DNA of 64,000 nt from Picochlorum sp. SENEW3 (Eukaryota): positions 868,001 to 932,000 of the forward strand of contig CP120456.1 in the NCBI GenBank assembly GCA_034226945.1, written 5' to 3'. The position numbers and the translations under genes are program-made. Below the pieces are notes generated by a model that saw only the letters and a list, made by a program, of their open reading frames with translations, searched no databases and was not told where the DNA came from. Positions 10,924 to 21,856 of this stretch are shown piece after piece; positions within the stretch are counted from its first letter, which is position 1, and each line of letters opens with the position of its first letter.

Positions 10924-12450
10924 ATGGCCAACAACTTGGAGAAGGAGTTTGTTTTAGAGGTATGTCTAAAGAGTTCTTATTCATGAGTGTGGTAGCATCA
11001 TCATTGCTAGTATGGGTACTAGTAGTGATATGGATCTATGAATCTGTCTTGTAGGGGTTGAAACTGAGGCATAGGACTGATGGAAGGGGTCTGTTTGCAT
11101 GTCGACCGTTGGAGTTTGAGGTATGTGTGCATTGATGGTGAATCATGCCAATCGTCCTTGATGATGAATGAAATAGAGATGAGAATTTCTAAAAGGGATG
11201 CCTGGCTTTTTGTATGGCGGAGAAGAAACACAACAAAGATACCCTAAAGGTTTTTTTCTTTCAATACTGTATGTGTGAGTCTATATATATATATGCATGT
11301 GTAGTTTGGGACGAAAGATGCATACTGTATTGCACGACTCGGAGGGAGTGTAGCATATGCCTCTGTGATTGCCGAGTTGGATCAACCCATGGGAGGACGG
11401 CCGAGTGAGGGGACCATCAAGTTTAATGTTGATATCGCGAGGGCACAGTATAGTACATTATTTAAGAATAAAGATCCTGTTCGAGTGAACCATTATATGA
11501 TTGAGCTAGGGAGGTTTATTGAGAGGAGTTTTCGAGAGTCAAAGGCTATAGACCTTGAATCGCTGTGTGTACAGGCTGGGAGGCGTGTGTGGCATCTCCA
11601 AGTGGATTTAAAAATATTGAATGATGATGGAAACATACCTGATGTGTTAGGATATGCTGCTCTGGGCGTGCTGAGGGTGTATAGACGGCCTGATGTGTCG
11701 ATAGATTCGAGTGTGCCTGGGGGCCTGGTGGTGCACTCGTTGGACGACAGGGAAGGTGTTCCGTTGACGTTGCATCATTTTCCAGTGTGTTTAACGTTTG
11801 CATCTTTTGATGAGGGGGACGTGATTGTGGTGGACCCGTCATCCTTGGAGGAATCTACCTGTGATGGTCGATTGACAATCTCTGTGACGCCACAAGGGGA
11901 GCTGTGTGCTCTACAAAAGGCACAGGGGTATGGTATGTCACAGACAGATGTAATGCAATGTATTCAAGCGGGTATTGAACTCGCAGAGAGCAGTTGTCGG
12001 GTATTGGAAAAGGCTTTGAAATCTCATGCTGTTGCACGAGTTGCGTCAAGGGTTCGGCGCACTGCAGGCCAGGACTCTCCCAAGAGGGTTGGGTTCTCGT
12101 CTGGAAGTGGACCTGCTCCTATGAATATAGAATCATTAGATCCAAGTGTGAGAGATGCCATGCATGCAGCAGACGAGCCTATTGAGGATGAGGATGATGA
12201 TGATGATGACAACGAACAAGATGATGCTGGAGGAGAGAGGATAACCGTGGACACTGCTGAGGCAGTTTGTCCTGGTGATGATAGTCATGCAGATGAATCA
12301 AAAGAGCAAGCTGTAGATGAGCCTAGACAGAGGAAATACACCTCCATAACGAATTCCTCCGGAAAGAATGTAGATATTTACAAAGAAACATCTGACATGG
12401 TGCCAGAGCAGGATGATGCCATGCAACTGAAAGATGCATTCTTACGATGA
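10924..12450 (+). CDS. RRP45: Exosome complex component RRP45 (exons 10924-10959, 11055-11120, 11305-12450)
   Basis: RNase PH-like RTDGRG, AIDLESLCVQAGRRVW and LNDDGN..D, plus an acidic C-terminal tail. The splice sites keep the frame. Confidence 0.88.
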
Positions 12451-12732
12451 TGGTGTAACCAACTCTTTTCAATGGAATCTCATTCAATAATAAGAATTAA
12501 AACTAGAGATATTGGCTGCAGCGTCGACCAGAATGACGGTATGATGGTGTGCCACGTGGACAGATCTGACATGTATACGCCCGATTACGCTACGCGTAGA
12601 GGCATTACACATGGCAGACTGATCGATTTAAGATTGCGCCATACGCGTTTACAATCCACAAAACTAATACATTTGCCAGAATAATTGAAAAAAGATACAG
12701 CCTTTTCTTCTGTTTTCTTAATTGCCAGTTGT

Positions 12733-13583
12733 ATGTCATCGATGTCTGCGACACGTGCCACAACAGCAGCTCTGGTTCTGCTCTTTGCTGTGTCTACATG
12801 CCATGGAGGTTTTACTGCACCATGCTCTCAGGGGTGGGTAAAAACCGAAAGGAAATTGGATCCAAACGAACCATCGGATCTGAGTGAATGTCAGGCGCTG
12901 TTGCTGGGGGATCTCCCAACAAATAACATTTTGCTCGGAGGGAAAGGTGTGACACACTGTACCACATTGACCTGCGTCTCAAATCCCCTGCACTTTGATA
13001 TAACACATGATCCTTTATCTACGCAGGCGATTCATCCTTATTCAATGACATTGAACTTGGCGATGGTCAGGATGGTTGCACAGATTCAACAGAATGCATG
13101 GAGACCTGCCAGGCCCTGTGCTGCCTGATTCCCAACTGCAACTATGCCCTGATTAATCGCGATCAGGACAAAAAGTGTGAGATAGACTGTTCAGTCTACA
13201 AGGAAACTGTCACCGAATGGAAGTGCAGAATGTACTTTTCTGGGACAGACAAAAAGTCTGATGATAACTCCTTCTGCGACCCTGCTGGGCAAAAAGAGGC
13301 AACATGTGAGAAGCTTGCCGCGTCTGGGCTTGGTCTGACCCAACAAGAGTTCAAGGACATGCAATCAGCATACTATGCGCCGCTATCAGAATGCGGGGCC
13401 AGGCGTAAGCTGCTTGCAACGTCAGGGTCCATCACAAATCCTGACGATGTGAAGAAGAGTTTGAAAAAGTTCAGGAGATCTACAAGGTCGATCCGGGATG
13501 GTTTCAGAAAAGCTCGCAAAGAAGCGGGAGGTAAAAAGAACCTGATGAAAAACATGTGCGACACCATGTCATGTTCAGCATAG
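12733..13583 (+). CDS. Secreted cysteine-rich protein (2 exons; intron 12947-13026) with RRKLL motif and basic C-terminal peptide
   Basis: Signal-peptide-like TAALVLLFAVSTCHG. The intron joins ORFs 12685 and 13098 in frame. PAN/apple-like CQALCCLIPNC. Confidence 0.7.
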
Positions 13584-13959
13584 GTGTTTGCTGTTTCACC
13601 CAGGCACCTTTCCTCCAATTGAGAAGATACACATTGGTTGATGCGGTGTTTGAATATATGCTTGAATATATGTTCTTCGTTTTAAACAGGCCCAGGCCAA
13701 ACAGTTGTATGTATGTGCTGTACAGCCCACATGTGTACACATCTTTATCAGAATAACGTCATACATTTGCATGTCGATGGATGTGGCGCCTTGCGTATTC
13801 GTGCCACACAATTGATGTGTCTCGAAACACATTCAATTGAATAAAAGATCATCTCTTTCATGATGAAACAGCACCATACTGCATAAACCCTTGACGAATC
13901 GTCTGTGTCGAGCGTTTCGAGTATCAAATACACGGCAGCATCGTGTTCGCTATAGTGCC

Positions 13960-14757
13960 ATGTACTCGGGACGCTGCATCCATTATATTCTGATTTCAAT
14001 ATGTATTGCACATCTTGCGCATCGTGCCTTGGCCACTGACTGTTATGATGGCGGAGATCGTTCCGTAGAGTTCTGCTGCTATGACTTCAATGGAATATGC
14101 CTGACAAGATGTGAGATTGGATATGGCCTTTTACAAAACGATACAAAATGTGGAAAGTGCAAGGATCCAAAATGCGGTGAATGCAACGGCAATGTCAACA
14201 AGTGCAACCGATACTACATAAATATTGAAAACTGTGCTATAAAGGATCATCCTGATACATGCTTTGATTGCGAGCTTGGATACAGACTCAGTAATGATAG
14301 AAAGCGGTGCATAAAGTGCCCTGTCCGTAACTGCGATGTATGCAATAGCACCTCTTGCCAGGAGTGCAGTGTTGGGTATGGGCTTGTACAAGAAAAGTGT
14401 CAGAAATGCTCTCAGGACACCTGCGCTAGATGTGATGGTAATATCTCCAAATGTCCACGGCATAAATGTCAAAGTACCAAGTACGATAAGCTTGGAAACT
14501 ACCGTTTCTATGGCTCCAAAGATGGAATATGTACCATGTGTCCTGTGGGGGTATTCTCTTGTTTCGACGATGGCTTTTCCTGCCAGTCAGGATACAAACT
14601 CGTCGGCAGTGATACATGCAAGAAACTAACGTCCTCATCATCAGCTTTTGCAGCAGATGCGTTGAACTCAACGATAGGGCCATCACCTCCATCATCATCA
14701 TCATCATTAATAATAACCATGAGTTGGCTTGCCATACTTCTATCCCACATGACATGA
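13960..14757 (+). CDS. Secreted or GPI-anchored CxxC-repeat (furin-like/VSP-like) surface protein
   Basis: Hydrophobic N-terminus, many CxxC..GY repeats, a Ser/Pro stalk and a hydrophobic C-terminal tail. Confidence 0.75.
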   Translation: MYSGRCIHYILISICIAHLAHRALATDCYDGGDRSVEFCCYDFNGICLTRCEIGYGLLQNDTKCGKCKDPKCGECNGNVNKCNRYYINIENCAIKDHPDTCFDCELGYRLSNDRKRCIKCPVRNCDVCNSTSCQECSVGYGLVQEKCQKCSQDTCARCDGNISKCPRHKCQSTKYDKLGNYRFYGSKDGICTMCPVGVFSCFDDGFSCQSGYKLVGSDTCKKLTSSSSAFAADALNSTIGPSPPSSSSSLIITMSWLAILLSHMT

Positions 14758-15008
14758 TGATGTCATCATCATGTCGAACAAAATAATAATTATTATTGTT
14801 ACAGTAATGTAAAAAAAATAGAAAAAAATAATCACAACGTATCAGACTGATCAACATCTCATCGTATCATCCCAGTAAAGCATCAGCAGCGAGTCTTGAA
14901 ACTCCAGAAAAAATTCTACAATACAGGTAAAAAAATGGGCGCGACGCATGCCACATCGCAAATCAATCGTATCATTGTACTTGAATAACACACGGGTATC
15001 ATCAATAT

Positions 15009-15981
15009 CTACAACAACGTCTCATCCTCCGCCAGGGCAGCAGCCACCCCAGCCAGGGCATCCAATGCAGATCTGCCTCCCCCAGTTGCATCATCCTTGC
15101 ACTCACTCTCCTCCACATCGTGTTCACACACAATCGCATCCCTTTTCATACGCGTTGGTCGATGATATCGGCCCGTCTTCCGCACCTGCTCACACGTTTC
15201 TGAACTCTTTGTCTGCTTCTGAGAGGGTGATGGAGATGATGGTTTAAACACAGTGCAGGAAGCTTTAATCCTCCCTGGAAGCACCTTTAACATCGGAATC
15301 GCTTTCCTTTCATCATACGACTTTAATTCAGGAATCTCAGGCAGAGGAATCCCCAACGCCATACCATTTGAATCTATCGGAGGTATTGCCACACGAGGCC
15401 TCAACACCTGGTACTGCTGGGGCGAGTCTTCGATTTTGACCCGCTTCGACAGACCACCATCGCCATGCATGTATTCAGAAACATCCTTTTTCGTATCAGA
15501 CACAGAGCCGGACCCACCACACCGTTCCCCCTCTCCCTGACACTCTCCTGACCCAGACGCGCCGTTGAACAAGGATATCCCCGACGCAATTGCATTCTGT
15601 TCCACCACCGTAAACTTGGACCGTCTCTTTGTATTCCCAGACAACCGTAAAAAGTGCTTCTGCGCATGACTGGCCACTTGAGTCGGCGTTCTCGTAGGAA
15701 CATAATACCTACTGATTTGCTTCCATTGACCCTACAAACAAGACACACACACCCGCGTCATTAACCCACAACCCTAATGCCAATATCATCAACATATACT
15801 TTATAATCATAGTACGCATCCCCGGTATCAGTATAAGCAGGTTTCGGATCCGGCGAAAGGATGCAACCAAGCCAGTCAACAATCGCACCTTTCCAAACAC
15901 TTGAAGACCCTTTAAGAAAGCCAAATGCTCTGACTCATCCCATGAAACTCCTACATTCGATTGAGAAGTATTCATCGTCAT
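15009..15981 (-). CDS. SHAQKYF-class MYB-like transcription factor (2 exons; intron 15732-15888)
   Basis: Spliced product reads WDESEHLAFLKGLQVFGK|GQWKQISRYYVPTRTPTQVASHAQKHF, with a C-terminal LDALAGVAAA EAR-like motif. Confidence 0.88.
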
Positions 15982-17117
15982 GGAATCGCTGTTCCGCAAT
16001 GCACAGAGCTGAACCCGAGTAGAATTCGCAATTCACCACAACCCCATTGAATAATACGACAATTCAATGAATTCATTCATTCAACCATGATGGTATTCTG
16101 TTATCCGAAATTATTTTTATGTATAGTACTACTGCTAGTACTGGTTCTCTAGAATATGCTTAGCAGCATATAACCATGCATGCATGCATTGTAATCTCAC
16201 CCCATTCATGGGATACCAATATTGGTATCAAAATACCCTAGCTTCATTCGTGACAGAATGATGGCGAACCAACGAATAGAAACCCCACCCTCCCCTACAG
16301 CCTATAACAAGTACATACCTTTCTTTATGTTGGGTACTCTCATGATGCTTCCAGATGCGAGGACTGATGCAAGAACTCTGGTCGTCTTTTCTTGACTCTT
16401 CTTGTTTTCTTCCATCTGGGCCCGTTTCCCACATTCCATACACTCTGGGGTACAGATAGAGTGCTTTGGCATGGTAGTATATGTATTCACGCGTTCATGT
16501 ACATAACGCGAGGACTTTTGCCACATGATTGATGGTATGCCCTCTTCATAGGGGGGGCTGCTGTTGAGACACCCTGTTACAATGCTGGCGAGTTTCACTG
16601 ATGTATAGATCTAGTATATCAAATACTAGCAGGCATATGGATGCACAAAAAAAGCCTGTGGATGGAATGTACCTGTGCCCAAGACTACCAGTTTCTTACC
16701 ACCAGGTTCTTGTTACTGGCTCGCTCAAAACCCACTCAATCAAATACCGACAACACGTCTATAGCGCTGACTCTATATAATAATAAAAATATACATGTAG
16801 ATGTGAAAAAATGTACCATGGAAAGGGCATTGTTCGATCTCTACTATGGATGGTGTGTGGCGATGGTGTGTCTGCAGGAATGAGAGGCCAGTAATGCCCT
16901 CGCGAATCTGGTTTGAACCAGATCTGCTTCATCGATGAGGGCGCCACAGATCTGGGAAGAGGATTCATCATTCCATGACGACGTGGTATGATGGCAACGT
17001 AAGAATAGTGCCTAGTAGTCATATTTTTCGACTGTGTAATAATCCCCTATTAAAAAAAGTAGTAATAGAAGGATGACGCGAAAAATATATTCTGATGGAT
17101 TGGAGAGGTTGTGGTAG

Positions 17118-17483
17118 ATGCTTGGTGGACTCGTTGGTTTGAGGGGCACTGCACTCGTACGCGAGGGCAGATCTGCCTCTAGAAGCGAACATTATGTATG
17201 TCTACCCACATCACATGGATGTGTCAAGAGGGTACAGTCATCATCATCAGCAGCAGCGGTGATGTGTCGCTCTGCTGCTCGGCAGGGGTCCTTAGAGGAA
17301 GAACAGAAACCTCTTGCACAGTCTTCTTCTTCTTCTTCTTCAAGGCTGATGTGGGCATTGCTGAAGAATCCTGTCGCATTCTTTGGTGGTTGTTTTGTAG
17401 GTATTATGGAGTTGGATGTGACGCAAGATCCGTTGAAAGGATGGATTCAAGAGAGGGTTGAAGACATGCGAGAGGGGAGATGA
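17118..17483 (+). CDS. UPF0426-like small plastid protein (cyanobacterial-type family)
   Basis: Transit-peptide-like N-terminus followed by NPVAFFGGCFVGIMELDVTQDPLKGWI. Confidence 0.7.
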   Translation: MLGGLVGLRGTALVREGRSASRSEHYVCLPTSHGCVKRVQSSSSAAAVMCRSAARQGSLEEEQKPLAQSSSSSSSRLMWALLKNPVAFFGGCFVGIMELDVTQDPLKGWIQERVEDMREGR

Positions 17484-17513
17484 GGAGTTTTTTTTACTGT
17501 GAATTGAACATTA

Positions 17514-18443
17514 CTATTTGGGTGTAAAAGGTTTGCACGTTGTCCAGTAAATCATGGGTGATGCTTTTGTCGATCTAAATAGACTAGCAACGTCGACTGC
17601 ATCTTTCGGTGAATCATCAGCTTTTGGTGCTGGATGGTTTGCAATGGTGAACACCACCTCCTTGTTCTCTTCCGTGTTCTTCTCTTCCTCAGGAGCAGCA
17701 GCAGGCTCGTCCTCTGGATCTTCCTCTGTTCTTTCGATGGCAAAGTCTGGATTTCCTCCTCCTTTCCGAATTGATTGTTCCGCGTCGCATACCGACACGA
17801 AGGAGGCTTCTAATGTTTTTGTACTGTTTGCTGGCCATGTAATGCCCCAGAGATTCTGACGGGCCTTTTCAGCCTCAGCCTTGGTGCCATAGACAACATA
17901 CGCTCTGTCTTTAATCATTGGCATCCACATAGCCATAACTTTGCCGGACTCTTCCAACAATGCTCGAGCAGCTTGGAGGGTAAAGGGCCTCTGGAAACCA
18001 ATCACAAGCAAGGCTCTGGATCCAGGAGTGGTGCTTTCTGGAACACTACCCGTGGTCGTCTTTGCTTTCTTCACATCCTCCGAATCATCAGGGGTAGATG
18101 ATGATTTTCTCTTCTTGTCGTTCAAATCGCTCATCGCGTGCTTGAATATTTGACCCGCGACCTTTCCTTCGTCTAGCTCCTTCTTGTCCTCTTCTTCTCC
18201 TTTTTTTGTTCCCTCTTCTTCTTGTTGTTGTTGAGGTGGTGGTTCAACAACTGGTTCCTCCGGTGCGACGGTGGTTTCTATTTCCTTCGCATCCTCAGTC
18301 GCTGCCTCATCGCCACCAGTCTTGTTGGCATTCTCGTATTCTTCCAAACGTGCTATGAGTTCTGCCTTTTTCCCAGTCTGAGAAAGACCCCGCGACTTGA
18401 GCTCCTGCTTCAGCTCTGCAACCTTTAACGAACTCCAGTCCAT
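17514..18443 (-). CDS. ACIN1: Acinus-like protein (SAP + RRM + RSB motif), ASAP complex
   Basis: SAP domain LKVAELKQELKSRGLSQTGKKAELIARL, RRM GFQRPFTL and RSB motif SLFRSTKASPMIYW. Confidence 0.85.
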   Translation of the reverse strand: MDWSSLKVAELKQELKSRGLSQTGKKAELIARLEEYENANKTGGDEAATEDAKEIETTVAPEEPVVEPPPQQQQEEEGTKKGEEEDKKELDEGKVAGQIFKHAMSDLNDKKRKSSSTPDDSEDVKKAKTTTGSVPESTTPGSRALLVIGFQRPFTLQAARALLEESGKVMAMWMPMIKDRAYVVYGTKAEAEKARQNLWGITWPANSTKTLEASFVSVCDAEQSIRKGGGNPDFAIERTEEDPEDEPAAAPEEEKNTEENKEVVFTIANHPAPKADDSPKDAVDVASLFRSTKASPMIYWTTCKPFTPK

Positions 18444-18534
18444 GATTATAGTATTATTTTCTTGTACATCAGTGTTGATGCGAGATACTCATAGAGGAGA
18501 GACTCGTCCATGGTCGCGTTTCGAATTGAGACAC

Positions 18535-18561
18535 ACTATTTCGGGAAATTCCCGAAATAGT
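18535..18561. promoter_or_regulatory. Perfect 13-bp inverted repeat in the divergent ACIN1/RPS27A promoter
   Basis: ACTATTTCGGGAA-A-TTCCCGAAATAGT is read directly from the sequence. A regulatory role is inferred only from its position. Confidence 0.4.
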
Positions 18562-18675
18562 ATGGCCTGCCGCCTTCGCTCAGGCTTTTTTGCCTGCCTG
18601 CTGTCACCCTCGATTCCATAAACTATAATCGACGTGAGGAAGGCACACTATTGCTGAGCGCCGTTTACCATAACC

Positions 18676-19384
18676 ATGCAGATTTTCGTAAGAACTGGTG
18701 CGTGTATATCAACAATCAGTGGAGAGTCTCGTGGAGGGAATGCTTTGGCTGCTGGCTGCCGTCTTCAACCCAGTCTCAACCATTGGCAGGATTTGGCTAC
18801 TGCGTGTATTCTTACTATAATACATGTGCTATAATACTTGCTTATCCTCGCTGATAGTGTGAGAAGAGACGAGTAGAGCAAGACTGGCAGAGTGACCCAA
18901 TGCAGTTGAATACAATAGCACGTGATACTCATCTCGTCTTTCCTTTATGTTTGTAGATCGTACCCAGGTCTTGAACCTCGGAGCCGATGCCGTCGTTGCC
19001 GACGTGAAGGCTGCCATCGCCGCCCGCCAGGGAGTTGATGTTGCTGAGCAGTGCGTGCTCTTCGGAGGACGTCAGCTTGAGGATGACGCCAGCCTCGCCG
19101 CTTGCGGTGTCTCTGACGACTCTCAGCTCTATGTCTCTTTGAGACTGTTGGGAGGAGGTAAGAAGCGTAAGAAGAAGACATACACCACCCCAAAGAAGCA
19201 GAAGCACGTGCACAAGAAGGTTGCTCTCCGTGTTCTCAAGCTCTACAAGGTGGATGACTCTGGCAAGGTGCAGCGTCTCCGCAAGGTCTGCCCAAACTGC
19301 GGACCAGGAATTTTCATGGCCACACACTTCAACCGTGTGTACTGTGGAAAGTGCCACTTGACCTATGTCTATGATGAGAAATAA
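18676..19384 (+). CDS. RPS27A: Ubiquitin-like domain fused to 40S ribosomal protein S27a/eS31 (2 exons; intron 18698-18956)
   Basis: Exon 1 MQIFVRT splices in frame to ...[20 protein letters not shown]...[22 protein letters not shown]. Confidence 0.93.
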
Positions 19385-19518
19385 GCAGCTTGCATTTCTC
19401 CTCTGCTACCACAGTGTTATTATTATTATTATTATTGACGTTATTCAGACGGATAATGTAATGAATAATTAATCGAATTTGTACCAAGACGAGAATATCA
19501 ATCTGCGACAAGAAAGAA

Positions 19519-20444
19519 ATGTCCATCGTTGAAGCATTGAGCCAGGCCGATATCCTTGCCTGTGGAATGATTGTTGCTGCAATCATCACACTTCCTGTGT
19601 TAATTTATGGGCCAACTGCTCCATATGGGAGGTATGTAGTTGTTATCTGGATCGTGAGAGCTTGTTGCAGTAGACTGGACTATTGGTCTTTCGTGTGCCT
19701 GCAGGTATTCCACGACAGGGTGGGGTGTGTTGATCCCAAATAAAATCGCCTGGTTTGTACGTGATCAAATTCATATACACCTTCTATTTTTAATGACACA
19801 CGGTGACCGATGCCATGCAGACACAAGAATTGTGGTCCCTTGCTATACCAGCTCTCTGGCTAGCTTTTTTTTCCACTCCTGACCAATTGAAGAGGCTTCA
19901 AGTTCCAGCAAATGGGCTCTTAATGATCATGTTCATGACACATTACATATACAGAGATGTCATTTATCCTTTCAGGCTGCGTGGTGGTAAACCAACCCCA
20001 TTCATTGTGTGGCTGTCTGCTTTTGTCTTCTGTGTCTATAATGGATACATGCAGACAAAGTATCTACTGGATCAAGCCCCGATGGATGCTGTAATCGGCC
20101 CGAAATGGATCTTTGGCTTTTGCCTTTGGGTGTCGGGATGGCTGATTAATCTACAGTCGGACAACATTCTCATTTCACTGCGACGCAAGAGCGACAAGAA
20201 AGGTGTCTATAGAATACCCAAAGGGGGCATGTTTGAATACGTATCTGCGGCAAATTACTTTGGTGAGATTCTGGAATGGACTGGGTATGCCATCGCGTCT
20301 AGTTCCCTCCCAGGAATCGCATTTGCGGTGTTCACTTTTGCAAATCTTGCTCCACGTGGATGGAAGCATCATGCCTGGTACAATGACTACTTCAAGACAT
20401 ACCACCGTCTCAAGCGAAAGGCTGTGATTCCATTTTTAATTTAA
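19519..20444 (+). CDS. Steroid 5-alpha-reductase (DET2/SRD5A-like; exons 19519-19631, 19705-19756, 19821-20444)
   Basis: APYGRY, AWFTQE and YRIPKGGMFEYVSAANYFGEILEW motifs, with canonical splice sites. Confidence 0.88.
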
Positions 20445-20590
20445 AACAACAATAGTGCTAAGAATATTGAATAATATTTCAGTCCATTGCTAGAGTACAG
20501 AAAAAACACAAAAGCCGCATGCCTGGCATGGACTGCTGATTCGATTCACATCACACGTGTGCGAGATATCTGAGACAGTATTCACTGGAT

Positions 20591-21721
20591 ATGGGTAATA
20601 GTAAAGCAAATCAGGGTCCAAGCACAAAAATAGTGCAGCCCAAGACCAAGGCAGGACGGCGTGCACTGGAAAAGAGAGCACCAAAGTTGGTATGTGTTTC
20701 AGGATGCACTGTTCACGATTATTGCCATGAATGCGCTCATCATTGGTATACATGCAGGTTGAAGAGCCTCGGCAAGCGCTGATACTGTCTGGTCACAAGA
20801 CGAATCAGGTGATTAAGGATTTCTTAATTGATGTTCAAAAACTCAAGGCTGTGCGTTCCTGATGATTATCCTTTGAGACCAAGACTGGTCGGGCGCATGC
20901 TCATACGACTAACGACTATTATTTTACATACATACATGCAGAATGAATGTCTGAAATATACGCAACGGAAGCACGAGATTCTTCCTTTTGAATCAGGAGG
21001 TGAGGTGGAACTTGAAAACTTTTCCTCCAAGTCTGACTGCAGTCTCTTCATCCTAGGAAATCACACCAAAAAGAGACCAAACAATATTATTCTGGGTAGA
21101 ATGTATGATTATAAACTATACGATATGATGGAGTTCGGAGTGACAGGGTACAAGGGTATTCAGGAATTTGATGCCTCCACCATACCCCAGTTGGGGAACA
21201 AGCCCGCCTTCATCTTTGTTGGCCAGGAATTTACGACCCATTCTGTCCTCAAACAAGCCAAATCGCTTCTGTTGGATTTTTTTAGAGGAAGGCAAATCGA
21301 ACAGATCAACTTGAAAGGCCTCGATAGGGTGATATTTGTATCTCACACCCCAATCAGAGCTGGAGACGAGTCAGCCCCAACAATCATCTTTAGACAATAC
21401 GCCGTAAAATACAAAAAGTCTGGAACTCGAGTTCCAAAAACTGTATTAAAGGAAATGGGTCCGCATTTTGATCTGGTCGTCCGCCGCAGGCGTGAGGCTC
21501 CACTTGATGTAGAAAAGGAAGCAATGAAACAGCCTAAGCTGGCACCCAAAAAGATCAAGAATGTTGGTTCAGATTCTTTGGATGGAAAGGTGGGTAAGAT
21601 TTATGTACCACGACAGGATCTTGATTCGATAGCGTTGAACAAGATGAAGGGTGCCAAGAGAGAGAGGCGAGAGGCAGCCGCTGAGAGGAAGAACAAGTCA
21701 TCCAAAATGGCAGACTCATGA
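20591..21721 (+). CDS. RPF2: Ribosome production factor 2, Brix domain (exons 20591-20689, 20758-20850, 20942-21721)
   Basis: RALEKRAPKLVE, HTKKRPNN..LGRMYD, LLLDFFRG, EMGPHFD and GKIYVPRQDL motifs. Confidence 0.9.
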
Positions 21722-21856
21722 TCTCTAGCAAAGCGCCGCTGGCATGTTTGACCATGATTAACCATTCACACCCAATCTATTCACATTATTATTTAAACAA
21801 AATACTTGTCAAGAATTGAACTCGGCCTACACTGAGAGATAGACTGACCGCTTCCG

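Noticed and set aside
16000..17100. Short ORFs (16302-16598 minus, 16641-16883 plus, 16759-17022 minus) in a ~1.1-kb gap
   Set aside because: No recognisable motif, and I could not build a consistent spliced model. A small gene remains possible but is unsupported.
18791..18800. 10-nt complement (ATTTGGCTAC) to LSU rRNA GUAGCCAAAU in the RPS27A intron as a C/D guide
   Set aside because: There are no proper C (RUGAUGA) or D (CUGA) boxes at suitable positions, so it is probably coincidental.
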